Origin: Thermoplasmatota archaeon
Lineage (GTDB): Archaea > Thermoplasmatota > JAKEGO01
Direction: 5' to 3'
Assembly (NCBI GenBank): GCA_028279595.1
Contig: JANQNK010000004.1
Span: 64,001 to 128,000, forward strand
DNA length: 64,000 bases
The first letter of the stretch is position 1; each line of letters opens with the position of its first letter. Both the position numbers and the translations under genes were made by a program. The notes beneath the pieces were generated by a model. That model was not told the DNA's origin, made no database searches, and was given only the letters and a program-made list of their open reading frames with translations. Below, piece by piece: positions 38,853 through 48,621 of this stretch.

Positions 38853-39623
38853 TCATAGATCCATTTCAAGAAGCGCCCTCGGTTCCTTGAGGCTGTAACC
38901 GAACCTGTTGACCCGTTCCTCGAACCGAGCGATCGCCTTCTCGACGTCGCGGCCGGTCCTGCGCCCGGCCTTGAGTTCGGCCCACATCTTGAAGTACTTC
39001 TCGTTGACGTTCTTCACCTCGAGCTCGTTGGGATGGGGTTCGGCACCGAGGAACCTGTAAATGGCATCGAGGTGTGCCTGCGCGTCCTCCACGTAGTCCT
39101 CGTAGCGGAAGACATGGACCCGTTCCAGGTGTCCCATGTCGCTGGCGAAGGCCTCGTGGCACAGGAGCCAGTGCTCGACGAGGGACTGGACACTGGTCTT
39201 CGACCACTTCTTGGTCGCGAGCCCAGCGCCGATCGGATGCCTCATTATCGTGATGAAGTACGAGTTCGGGAACATCGCCTGGAGGAAACGGGTCTTGACG
39301 AGGTTCGGTGGGGACTTCTCCAGGAGGTAGGTCCTGTCGATGTCCCAGTACCTCTTCCACTGATAGAAGAGCTTGATCCGGTTCTCCTCGGTGACCAACG
39401 GTGACGTCTCATCGAGGTAGGTCCGCCGGTCGAACCCGAACTTGCCCGGTCCCCCGTACATGAGGGCCGGCTCGAAGACCGTCTGGAGGTGCTGTCCCTC
39501 GTCCTCCATCACGCCCGTATCGTGGAACCCGCTGAAGTCGGAATGCTCCCTGAGGCACTTGAATAGTATGGATGTCCCGCTCCTGTGGAGCCCGTTAACG
39601 AACACGAACCTGTTCCTGAGCAT
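38853..39623 (-). CDS. Sulfotransferase family protein
   Basis: PAPS-binding FV.G.HRSGTS, EKSP.N, FP...FI.I.RHP and RYED.V. Confidence 0.85.
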   Translation of the reverse strand: MLRNRFVFVNGLHRSGTSILFKCLREHSDFSGFHDTGVMEDEGQHLQTVFEPALMYGGPGKFGFDRRTYLDETSPLVTEENRIKLFYQWKRYWDIDRTYLLEKSPPNLVKTRFLQAMFPNSYFITIMRHPIGAGLATKKWSKTSVQSLVEHWLLCHEAFASDMGHLERVHVFRYEDYVEDAQAHLDAIYRFLGAEPHPNELEVKNVNEKYFKMWAELKAGRRTGRDVEKAIARFEERVNRFGYSLKEPRALLEMDL

Positions 39624-39833
39624 CGAAGACCCTCTTTGTCGCGGATGGCCACCCGGCCGGGTCCGCGGTCAAGACTCCGACAGGAACAGCGATATTTATG
39701 CCTGTTGCTTCCGCCCGAGCGCCCTTATCGGGGGTTGTGGTCGAACGCCTATTGCCGAAGTAAAAACGCCTGAAAGTCGATAAAAATACCACAATTTATA
39801 TAATAAAATACGGATATCAGCGACGGTGATAGT

Positions 39834-41585
39834 ATGCGTTCGGTGCTCTGGTTGGTATTGGTAACAGCCATTGCCTTGGCCCTACTGGGCATAGCGGGAA
39901 CGGTCTCCGCGGACCCCGATGTCTACGAGGGCGTGATCGTCCAGGACACCTACGATGTTGACCCCAAGGACCCCGTTGGTGGCAACCTCGGCGGCATCAC
40001 ACCGTTCCTTCATCCGGTCCCCGCTTCGGGGACAGTGAACCTGACGTTCTGGATACAGTCCGGGGACGACGATACCGACATAGACGAAATCGAGATCATC
40101 GCCGGTTCCGGCGTCGACCTTACCGACGCCAGCGGGCTGTCCGGCGTCGAGACGGGGAATCCCGGGGACTGGTCGGTGTCCGGGAATGCGTCGGAGATCG
40201 TGTACACCGCGGTCACGGACTCCGGGAACGATGCAGACGACGCCCTGGACAAGGGCGAGGTACTGACCCTGGTCGTCACCATGGACCTGGACGGCGATTC
40301 CCAGCTGTTCGACGTCCAGTTCACGCTGAAGAACGCGAACACGGCCGGCGACGAGAACGTCACGACAAAGGAATATACGTATTATTTCCTCGCTCTGAAC
40401 GAGGGGGACATGTACCTTCAGACCTGGCTCTCCTACGCATCCGAGAAACAGAAGGCCTACCTTCTGGTCGAAGGGAGCGGGACCGCATTCGGTGAGAACG
40501 GCGGAGGAACGTTCCAGAGGAACTTCGCCGACGCATACGACGTGTACAGGTCCACGACGGACATGGTCTACATCTTCTTCACCAACGATGCTGACCTGGT
40601 CAACGGTCTGACGTACACTGCGGTGAACCCCAACCCCGGGAGCGAGATCGAACTCAAGATGAACGTCGCCATGTTCACGGCGGAGACCGTGGATACAGGC
40701 AGCGTCGTCCTTTCACAGATCGCCTCTCCGGGACTGAACACTCCCGCCTGGATCCCGAACGGCGGATCATTCATCTTCCTCTACGGCCCGAACCTCCTTG
40801 GGACCGGTTCGGGTAGCCATTACATCGATGACCTCGACGACGACAACGACGGTGTGACCGACGCCCAGGAGGCCGCGGACGGCACCGACCCGAGGGACGC
40901 GACCGACTTCAAGGCGGCAGACCCGAACGGGACCCCTGATTCGGACGACGGCGAGGACGATATGAACCTCATATTGATCGCATCGGTGGTCGTTATCATT
41001 CTAGGTGTGGTCCTCGGGATCATGCTCGTCAAGAGCGGTGTCATCGGTGGAGCCAAGCCGAAGAAACCGAAGAAGGTCAAGGAGAAGAAGCCCAAGAAGA
41101 AGAAGGAAGAAGAGGTCAAGTGGGAGAAGCCGAGGGAGCGCAAGAAGAGGGAGAAGGCCGAGGCGAAACCCAAGAAGAAGGCCGCCGCCGCGAAGACCAA
41201 GAAGGTCGAGGAAGAAGAGGAGGAGGAAGAGGTCGAGGCTGCGGAAGTGGTCGAAGAGGAAGAGGAGCTCGAGGAGGAAGAAGAAGAGGAGGAGGAAGAG
41301 GTCGAAGAGGAAGAGGATGACGACGACGATTTCGACTTCGACGACGATATCGACTTCGACGAGCTCGAGGCGGAACTCGCGGACCTGGAGGACGAGATCG
41401 ACGACATGGAGGACGACGACATCGGAGAGGACGACCTCGAGGTCGATCTCGACGATGATGACGAGGACCTCGAGGCGGAGCTGGAGGAGGACGACCTCAG
41501 CGACGAGGACCTTGACGACGCCCTCGACGAGGACATCGATGACCTCGACCTGGAGGACCTCGAGAGCGAGCTGGAAGACCTCTGA
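39834..41585 (+). CDS. Single-pass membrane protein with extracellular domain, TSP3-like motif, and Lys-rich then extremely acidic tail
   Basis: Signal peptide; DDDNDGVTD.QE..DGTDP; TM LILIASVVVIILGVVLGIMLV; KKPKK block; ~125 aa D/E tail. Confidence 0.8.
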   Translation: MRSVLWLVLVTAIALALLGIAGTVSADPDVYEGVIVQDTYDVDPKDPVGGNLGGITPFLHPVPASGTVNLTFWIQSGDDDTDIDEIEIIAGSGVDLTDASGLSGVETGNPGDWSVSGNASEIVYTAVTDSGNDADDALDKGEVLTLVVTMDLDGDSQLFDVQFTLKNANTAGDENVTTKEYTYYFLALNEGDMYLQTWLSYASEKQKAYLLVEGSGTAFGENGGGTFQRNFADAYDVYRSTTDMVYIFFTNDADLVNGLTYTAVNPNPGSEIELKMNVAMFTAETVDTGSVVLSQIASPGLNTPAWIPNGGSFIFLYGPNLLGTGSGSHYIDDLDDDNDGVTDAQEAADGTDPRDATDFKAADPNGTPDSDDGEDDMNLILIASVVVIILGVVLGIMLVKSGVIGGAKPKKPKKVKEKKPKKKKEEEVKWEKPRERKKREKAEAKPKKKAAAAKTKKVEEEEEEEEVEAAEVVEEEEELEEEEEEEEEEVEEEEDDDDDFDFDDDIDFDELEAELADLEDEIDDMEDDDIGEDDLEVDLDDDDEDLEAELEEDDLSDEDLDDALDEDIDDLDLEDLESELEDL

Positions 41586-41680
41586 CCTGACACTCCCGGA
41601 CCAGGTCGAATTGAACGATCCATAATTGGAATAACGTGATCAGTGGTAGGCCTGTCATCCCTGGCGTGCCCTATACAACA

Positions 41681-42247
41681 CTATTCTATCTTGAACCCGC
41701 ACTTGGGGCACTCCTCGTCAGTGTCCTTCACGGGGGCCCGGCAGGACTGGCAGGCAAGGAACTTCATCGGTGGACGCAGGGCGCTCCATATCTTCTCGCC
41801 GCAGAAGGGGCACTCCTTGGCGTTGACGTCGATGTGCTCCTTGCAGTTGGGGCAGACCCCGTACTCCTTCTCGACGAAGAGGAAGTTGCACTGCGGACAT
41901 TCCTCCGAGTCCATCGAGACCATAGCCTTGCACTTGGGACACTGGAACGCATCGTCGACGAACCCCTTTCCGCATGACGGGCAAGCGCTGTCGTCGATCG
42001 AGACGATGGCCCTGCACTTCGGGCAGAGGAACTGCGATCCTACAGGGGGCTCTCCAGACCTGACCGGTATCTTCCTGGCCGTTCTCGGGTCGCCGCAGGA
42101 GAGCATCGACGAGATCACCAGGACGATCCCGAGCACCGTGATCACTATACCCACCGTCGCGTCCATCATGAAGTATATAGCGAAGCCGGCCACAGTCACG
42201 AGCAGACCCACTATGAATAACATCGGTCCGGTCTTTCCCATTCCCAT
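41681..42247 (-). CDS. Two-TM membrane protein with tandem double zinc ribbons
   Basis: TM hairpin followed by eight CxxC motifs (CPKC...CPSC, CPKC...CPQC, CPNC...CPFC, CQSC...CPKC). Confidence 0.8.
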   Translation of the reverse strand: MGMGKTGPMLFIVGLLVTVAGFAIYFMMDATVGIVITVLGIVLVISSMLSCGDPRTARKIPVRSGEPPVGSQFLCPKCRAIVSIDDSACPSCGKGFVDDAFQCPKCKAMVSMDSEECPQCNFLFVEKEYGVCPNCKEHIDVNAKECPFCGEKIWSALRPPMKFLACQSCRAPVKDTDEECPKCGFKIE

Positions 42248-42397
42248 CCTAACACCGTTTGAGGAATCCAGTTCATGGTTATTAACATTTCCGGGATTCT
42301 GGTCGCCCGCCGCGGGTCCCCTCAGGACCGTGTACGATCGGCGGCCCCCTGCGATAACGTTTTAACATCGAATCGTGTATTGGCCCACGGTGTCTCG

Positions 42398-44203
42398 TTG
42401 AGAATGCTGGTCATACACAGCGACTGGATGGAGTACGATGCCGTCAAGCCGATCGGGAAGATCGCGGAGGGCGACGCTGCATCATCCGGCAGGATGGAGG
42501 AGAACCTCACGGCCTTCGTCACCGTCGAGAGGGAGGACGACGACAGCACCGTCTCCGCGGCGCTCGAAGAGCTCGAGGGCATCTCGGAGAAGGTCGGGGT
42601 CCGCAGGATAATGCTCTATCCGTACGCCCATCTGAGCACCAGGCTCGCCCAGCCCGGGAGGGCCGTCGAGCTACTGTCTGGGCTCGAGACGGTCCTCGTG
42701 GATGCCGGGTTCGAGGTACACAGATCGCCGTTCGGGTGGTACAAGAGCTTCAACCTCAAGGCCAAGGGACATCCGCTCGCCGAGTGGTCCCGCGAGGTGA
42801 CCGGTGGCAAGACGAGGGACGAGATCAAGGAGCGTATCGAGTCGCGATACATCGTCCTGTTCCCCGACGGAAGGGAGGTCGAGTTGGACCCGTCGAAGGA
42901 CGAGGCGTCGTCAGGCGATGACGAACTGGACGCTTTCATCAGGTCGGAGTACGGTACACCGCCGGCGGAGGAACCTCCATCGATAAAGGAGATGCAGAGG
43001 CTCGAACTGCTCGACTACGAGACAGCGGGAGACCCGGGACACTTCATCATGTATCCCAAAGGTTCGTTCATGTTCAAGGTCCTCACGGAATGGGCTGGCT
43101 CCATGGCCCGGGACCTCGGAGCGATGGAGATCGACTCGCCGATAATGTACGACTGGGAGTCCCCGGACATCAGGGCGCAGGTCTCCAGCTTCCACGAGAG
43201 GCACTACAGGGTCGTCACGCCCGAGGACAAGAAGCTCATACTCCGCTTCGCGGGTGACTTCGGTCTGTTCAGGATGATGAAGCGGGCGACGCTATCGTAC
43301 CGGGACCTGCCCGTGAGGATGTACGAGTTCTCGAAGAGCTTCCGCTTCGAACAGCGAGGGGAGCTTTCGGGTCTTAGAAGGCTCCGGGCCTTCCATATGC
43401 CCGATATCCACTCCTTCGCGCGGAGCGAGGACGAGGGATGGGACGAGTACGCGGCGATCTACGACAAGTACCAGGCGGAGATCGTGCGGACAGGCGTACC
43501 CTTCGCCATTGCCTTCAGGGTCGTCGAATCGTTCTACTCCGAGAACAGGGAGAGGCTGATCGAGCTGCTGAAGACCTCTGGAAGGCCGGCCTTCGTCGAG
43601 CTCTTGTCGGACATGTCGCACTACTGGGCGGTCAAGAACGAGTTCCAGGGTATAGATTCCCTGGGAGGCAACTGCCAGCTCGCGACCGTACAGCTCGATG
43701 TCGTCGACGCCGAGAGGTACGGGATCGTCTACACTGACGCCGACGGCTCCGAGAAGGGCTGCACGATCTGCCACTGCTCCATCGGTTCCATCGAGCGGTG
43801 GATATACATGGTCCTCGAGAACGCGATAGCGCAGGAGAGACCCGAGTTCCCAATGTGGATAGCACCGACCCAGGTCAGGCTCATCCCCCTGAGGGACGAG
43901 TTCCTCGGGGCATGCGAGGACCTTGCGGCAGCCATCGAAGGCCGGGTCGACATCGACGACAGGGACGAGAAGGTCGGCCGGCGCATCCGGGACGCCGAGA
44001 GGGAGTGGATAGGGATGATAATCGTCTACGGCGAGAAGGAGGCTGCGGCGGACAGGATCCCTGTCAGGATGCGGAGCGGGGACATCGTCGAGATGACCGT
44101 CGATGGGATCAACTCACGAATCGCGGAGGCCACGGAGGGATGGCCATTCGTCCACGGACCCCTGCGTCAGCACCTTTCGAGAAGGTTCCCGTTCAGAGGT
44201 TGA
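42398..44203 (+). CDS. thrS: Threonyl-tRNA synthetase, archaeal type with N-terminal editing domain
   Basis: TTG-R-M-L.IHSD..EY start; YPYAHLS, PFGWYK.F, KGHPLAE.SR, FR.EQRGE..GL.RLR.F.MPD.H, GSIER and P.W..PTQVR. Confidence 0.95.
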   Translation: MRMLVIHSDWMEYDAVKPIGKIAEGDAASSGRMEENLTAFVTVEREDDDSTVSAALEELEGISEKVGVRRIMLYPYAHLSTRLAQPGRAVELLSGLETVLVDAGFEVHRSPFGWYKSFNLKAKGHPLAEWSREVTGGKTRDEIKERIESRYIVLFPDGREVELDPSKDEASSGDDELDAFIRSEYGTPPAEEPPSIKEMQRLELLDYETAGDPGHFIMYPKGSFMFKVLTEWAGSMARDLGAMEIDSPIMYDWESPDIRAQVSSFHERHYRVVTPEDKKLILRFAGDFGLFRMMKRATLSYRDLPVRMYEFSKSFRFEQRGELSGLRRLRAFHMPDIHSFARSEDEGWDEYAAIYDKYQAEIVRTGVPFAIAFRVVESFYSENRERLIELLKTSGRPAFVELLSDMSHYWAVKNEFQGIDSLGGNCQLATVQLDVVDAERYGIVYTDADGSEKGCTICHCSIGSIERWIYMVLENAIAQERPEFPMWIAPTQVRLIPLRDEFLGACEDLAAAIEGRVDIDDRDEKVGRRIRDAEREWIGMIIVYGEKEAAADRIPVRMRSGDIVEMTVDGINSRIAEATEGWPFVHGPLRQHLSRRFPFRG

Positions 44204-44261
44204 CACTGCCGTTGTCATCCAATTCATCCCAATGACCCTGGCACGCGCGTCGATCTATGGA

Positions 44262-44579
44262 TTATTCCTTGAAGGCCGACACCACGACCATCGTCTTGGT
44301 CTCCTTGACACCCGGTATCGGACCTATCTGGCTGATTATGAGGTCGCGCATCTCGGAGTAGTCCTTGAACCTCGCCTTCGCGAGGATGTCGATGTCCCCG
44401 GTGACGAGGTAGATCTCCTCGATCGAGCCGATCTGGGCCATCTTCGAGGCTATCTCCTCTGTCTTGGAAGTGTCGATCTTCAATGACATCATGACGAGGA
44501 CGTCAGAGCCGTAGTACTTCTCGATCGTCTGTTCGTGCTCGTCCATCCCGATATCTGCCCCATCTGCGGGATCGTTCAT
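44262..44579 (-). CDS. Stand-alone Lrp/AsnC ligand-binding (RAM) domain protein
   Basis: IEEIY.VTG..DI.A...F.D......I...I..IPGV..T.T; no HTH. Confidence 0.8.
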   Translation of the reverse strand: MNDPADGADIGMDEHEQTIEKYYGSDVLVMMSLKIDTSKTEEIASKMAQIGSIEEIYLVTGDIDILAKARFKDYSEMRDLIISQIGPIPGVKETKTMVVVSAFKE

Positions 44580-44598
44580 GAGGGGTCCCTCCCGTCGC

Positions 44599-45288
44599 TC
44601 ATTCCTTGGGCTTCGCGACCTTCTTCGCCTTCTTGACCGGCTTCTTCGGTGTTTCCGCTGGAGTACCCGGCGAGACCGTCGCCTTCACGGTGGGGAAGTT
44701 GTCCCTCAGGTCTCCGAGGGCCTTCGATAGCTGGACCATCTGCTTCTCGGCCTCCTCGACCGCCTTCTTCGAGACGTCCTCACCGCTGTCCTTGAGCTCC
44801 TCCATCCTCTGGGCAAGGTCGGTGGATAGCTCGTTGACCTTCTCTATGACCCCGTCGATTATCGCGTTCCTCTTCTCGGGGTCAGCCTCGTTCTGGGCCT
44901 CCTTGAGCCCCGTGACCATCATACCCTGGATGGTCTGGAGGTCCTCGCTGATCTCCTCCAGGACTATCTCCGAGTTCTTCTTCACCGCAACCTGAAGCTC
45001 CTTCGCCCTCTGTTCGACGACGCCGGTCAGGTTCTCTATATCGCTCCTCAGCGTCTCAAGGAACTTCTCCAGCTGCTCGATGGAGGCGTCGGGGTTCTCG
45101 GCCGCGTCCTTGAGGCTGTCGATGTGGGAGTCGATGGTCTTCAGGGCCTTCTCCGATGTCTCGGCCGCCGCATCCACAAGAGTCGCTCCCTCCTTCTTGA
45201 TCTCGTCGACAAGGGTCTTCTGCCTCTCGTCGATCGTCTCGATGGCCTTCTTCATCGTTCCCGATATCTCACTAAATATGTCCGCCAT
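44599..45288 (-). CDS. Amphipathic all-helical protein (apolipoprotein/phasin-like) with Lys/Pro tail
   Basis: ATG 45288 after GGTGA (track 45414); helical repeats; ends PKKPVKKAKKVAKPKE. Confidence 0.6.
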   Translation of the reverse strand: MADIFSEISGTMKKAIETIDERQKTLVDEIKKEGATLVDAAAETSEKALKTIDSHIDSLKDAAENPDASIEQLEKFLETLRSDIENLTGVVEQRAKELQVAVKKNSEIVLEEISEDLQTIQGMMVTGLKEAQNEADPEKRNAIIDGVIEKVNELSTDLAQRMEELKDSGEDVSKKAVEEAEKQMVQLSKALGDLRDNFPTVKATVSPGTPAETPKKPVKKAKKVAKPKE

Positions 45289-45453
45289 GGCGATCACCCA
45301 CGTCTTTCTAGTGTGATTGATATCCTGAATCCGATATAAATATTTACCTTGAAAGGGGGCAAAATCGGCCGATCGGTCCAAAACTGTTACCATTGATCGA
45401 TGGGCCCGCACCAAGGGTCAAGACTTATTTACATTCCGTAAGATGGAGGGAGG

Positions 45454-46188
45454 ATGTCAGAGCTCGCGCTGGTGATTGCGGCCCTCTTCGCCTACGGGGT
45501 GTTCAGGGGAACCAGCACCTGTGCCACTATATGCACCCCTGCCCTCCTACCCTACGTCGCCTCAAGCGGTATGGGTCCGGCTAGAGCGTTGAAGATGGGT
45601 ATAATGTTCAACCTTCCAAGGCTGGTCATGCTGGTCATATTCGGTGCTATCGTGGGTGCCCTATCCAGCTCTGTGTTCTCGGAGAGTGGGCTCAAGTTGG
45701 TATTGACTGTCACTCACGATATGGCATACATGGCCATAGGGATCCTGCTAATCTTCCTGGGAGTACACATCCTCAGGAAGGGAGGAAGTGAAAGGACGCC
45801 CGGATCCAGACATCGGAAAAGGAGAGGGAGACCGAACCTTTTCCCCAGATGGATCCGTGGAGAGAGGAGGTTTGTGACGACATGGGGGTCCCTTCTCAGT
45901 GTCGCCTGCCTGATGGAGGTCGGGCTATTGGAAGGACTTGCCATGTCCACGCTCCTTGGAGCTTCCGAGTCGAATGTCGTCATCGCGGCGATGTTGGGGG
46001 CTGGTGCAATGGCAGCCTTCGGGATAGGGGCAGCGGTCCCGGTCATCACCCTTGTGGTTCTGACGTCGAAATATGCAGATATGGAGAGACCGTCCCATAC
46101 CCGCTTCTTCACCGAGATCGTACCATGGTTAATGGTCCTGGTCGGCATCTTCCTGATCGGAACCTCGGCCTTGAGATTGAGCCTCTGA
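45454..46188 (+). CDS. DsbD_2/TauE-like multi-TM protein (cytochrome c biogenesis transmembrane-like)
   Basis: CATICTP near TM1, FNLPRL...G..G, second Cys in SVAC, and G...M.AFG.G..P; about six TMs. Confidence 0.65.
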   Translation: MSELALVIAALFAYGVFRGTSTCATICTPALLPYVASSGMGPARALKMGIMFNLPRLVMLVIFGAIVGALSSSVFSESGLKLVLTVTHDMAYMAIGILLIFLGVHILRKGGSERTPGSRHRKRRGRPNLFPRWIRGERRFVTTWGSLLSVACLMEVGLLEGLAMSTLLGASESNVVIAAMLGAGAMAAFGIGAAVPVITLVVLTSKYADMERPSHTRFFTEIVPWLMVLVGIFLIGTSALRLSL

Positions 46189-46256
46189 TCCAGTTGTCTC
46201 GACCAGTGCTGGAAGAATGCATAATCCTCATATATCCATGTGGCATTTGGATTATC

Positions 46257-48614
46257 ATGTTAAGGGCCAGACTACAGAGGGGGCAGGCTCTCGTTCTCGC
46301 TATCTCGATTTCTTTGCTCTTGAACCAATATGGAGCACTTGCAGATGGTGGGACCGACCAAAGCGATGTCAGAGGGTATCCGGACATACTGACCGTCGAG
46401 GTGAATGCTCTTGCCCCGGAGGCACCCGCTGTGGTTGGGTTCCAGCCGACGGAGGAGTCCTATCTTTCGGCAGCGTGCATGATACCGGCCTACTACAATA
46501 GAATTGACTCAATACCGCTGATATTCGACGACGGATCGGGTGAAAACGCCGTCCCTGAGGATTTCGAGGCCGTGACGATAGAGTTGGGGAGCGGTGGAAC
46601 GGACATCTGGACCATGGACTTCGCATACGACCATTGGAGCGAAGCGGGGGTCGTCGTCCTTGTCGAGGATTACGAGTGGGCGCTCCGATCCGTGCCGATC
46701 TCTGCCCAGCTGTGCGCGCCGATGGTCACAGCTGTGACCCCTGCGTTCGCAACGAACCTCTCGGTCGAACTCGTTATAATGGCCGGCGATGGACTGTCTG
46801 AACAACAGGTCCCAGCGGGTACCAAGGCGATCCGCTTGACTAGCGCCGAGGACCTCTGGACGTTCCAGCTGGACGTATACTCCATGATGGGGAGGGCGTG
46901 CGACTACGTGGTCGTAACGAATCCCACCGACATCGACCCGGCCGTGGACATCCAGCTTCATGGTCTATCCCTGTCCGCCGGACTCCTTGCCGCATACAGG
47001 GGTGCGGTCGTTCAGACGGGAGACCTCACGGGGCCCAGGGACCTGATATCCACGATCATAAAAGCGGAGGAGCCGGATGACGTGACCTACGACCAGGTCG
47101 TCCCCTACTTCCACGCAGTGAAGGAATCCTGCTGGGGAGCCCAGGAGTTCATGATCGACAGGGACCTGACGCCGGCCTTCCTCGGGCTTGTGGGAGGCCC
47201 ATTCGCCCTTCCGGATTACATCCTCGACATCCACATCCTCTACCATTACTGGGCAAAGGAGTTGCATTACGTACCAACGACTGCGCCCTATGGCAATTTC
47301 TCTTCGGAGAAGCCCGTTGACACCTACGTCAAGGAGGACGCAGCGGTCGGGCGGATACTCGGTGACAACATCCTCGATACGTCGTTACTGCTTTTCCGTA
47401 CCTTCTTCTACAGGGAGTTCCTGCCCGGTGGTGAATACGACCCTGGGACCGCGTGGAGTAGCTCCAGCATCATGATCGACGGACACCGCCTGAACCAGCC
47501 AGAGCCCGGCGGTCCTAACATTTCGGCGAACGTCGTGTGGCACCCTGGTGAGGAGGTGATGGAGGAGTTCGACGCCGCCGGCTTTGACGTAACCTACGGG
47601 TTGCCAAAGAACGAGACGGACCCAACGGATACGAACCTCTCGGTAGTGTCGCTCATGGGGATCCTCGTGAACTCCTCAGTGAGCCACATAATCGCCCACG
47701 GACATACCGAAATGATACGATTCGAGGTTGGGATCGATCCCGATACCGGCGATGGGCGCATCTTCGCGCTGACCTGCGACCAGATAAGGGACCTTGGGCC
47801 GACAGCCCCCTTCGCTATAGGCGCGATCGCTTGTGGATCCGGCACCTTCTCTAAGGACGTCCCGTTGAACAGGACAGTTCCGCTATCTTTCGTGCATGCG
47901 GGGGCTGTCGCATTCCACGCACCGGCCACCGGTCAAGCGGTGTGCTTCTGGGACCAAGCTCCCGAGGGTGTCGCTTCGGACATGTCCTACATGATGTGGA
48001 ACTACAGCCTGAACGACAATATTGCGATCGGAAGGGCAATAGCGGATGCCAAATGGGATGCATTCAGCTCGTGGCGCGATGCGGGAAACATATCCCATGA
48101 GGACCCGGCCACGTTCCACCTGTTCGGGGACCCGGCCCTCGAGCTATACAAACCCGGAGTCCCGTTCAGCGATCCAGCACCGATGGAGGTGGAGGTCGAG
48201 TTGGATATCGATCCAAGCTCTATTGCCGCAGGAGATGCGGTAGTGATGAACTTCACCTTCTCCGATCCGGCAACAGGACTACCGATCATGATCGATTGGG
48301 ACAGGATCGAGGTAGGGAACGAGGTATTCGATGGTGCATATGCGGAACCCACATCCAACGCTTCACACAGCTTCACGCTGAACGAGGAGGGATTGAACTG
48401 GATCAAGATATCCTTCGGTGCGGATGGTTATGACACCTACGAAGCGACCTACCTGTTCAACGTTGAAGGGACCGGTAGTGGTCCTGAGGATGAAGATGAT
48501 GAGGACTATCCGATAGCAGCGCTCATGGTGGTCGTTCTCGGTATCGTGCTAATCGTATTGGTATACGTGTATCTGCTCAAGGCCTCACGGGGGAGAAAAG
48601 GGAAGGGGAGATGA
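46257..48614 (+). CDS. Membrane-anchored gingipain-like cysteine peptidase (C25)
   Basis: Signal peptide from ATG 46257 (track 45849 overlaps the previous gene); LGLVG, AVGRI, IAHG (His), IACGSG.F (Cys), IGRAI..AK and FHLFGDP; C-terminal TM plus basic tail. Confidence 0.75.
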   Translation: MLRARLQRGQALVLAISISLLLNQYGALADGGTDQSDVRGYPDILTVEVNALAPEAPAVVGFQPTEESYLSAACMIPAYYNRIDSIPLIFDDGSGENAVPEDFEAVTIELGSGGTDIWTMDFAYDHWSEAGVVVLVEDYEWALRSVPISAQLCAPMVTAVTPAFATNLSVELVIMAGDGLSEQQVPAGTKAIRLTSAEDLWTFQLDVYSMMGRACDYVVVTNPTDIDPAVDIQLHGLSLSAGLLAAYRGAVVQTGDLTGPRDLISTIIKAEEPDDVTYDQVVPYFHAVKESCWGAQEFMIDRDLTPAFLGLVGGPFALPDYILDIHILYHYWAKELHYVPTTAPYGNFSSEKPVDTYVKEDAAVGRILGDNILDTSLLLFRTFFYREFLPGGEYDPGTAWSSSSIMIDGHRLNQPEPGGPNISANVVWHPGEEVMEEFDAAGFDVTYGLPKNETDPTDTNLSVVSLMGILVNSSVSHIIAHGHTEMIRFEVGIDPDTGDGRIFALTCDQIRDLGPTAPFAIGAIACGSGTFSKDVPLNRTVPLSFVHAGAVAFHAPATGQAVCFWDQAPEGVASDMSYMMWNYSLNDNIAIGRAIADAKWDAFSSWRDAGNISHEDPATFHLFGDPALELYKPGVPFSDPAPMEVEVELDIDPSSIAAGDAVVMNFTFSDPATGLPIMIDWDRIEVGNEVFDGAYAEPTSNASHSFTLNEEGLNWIKISFGADGYDTYEATYLFNVEGTGSGPEDEDDEDYPIAALMVVVLGIVLIVLVYVYLLKASRGRKGKGR

Positions 48615-48621
48615 ACAGGGA

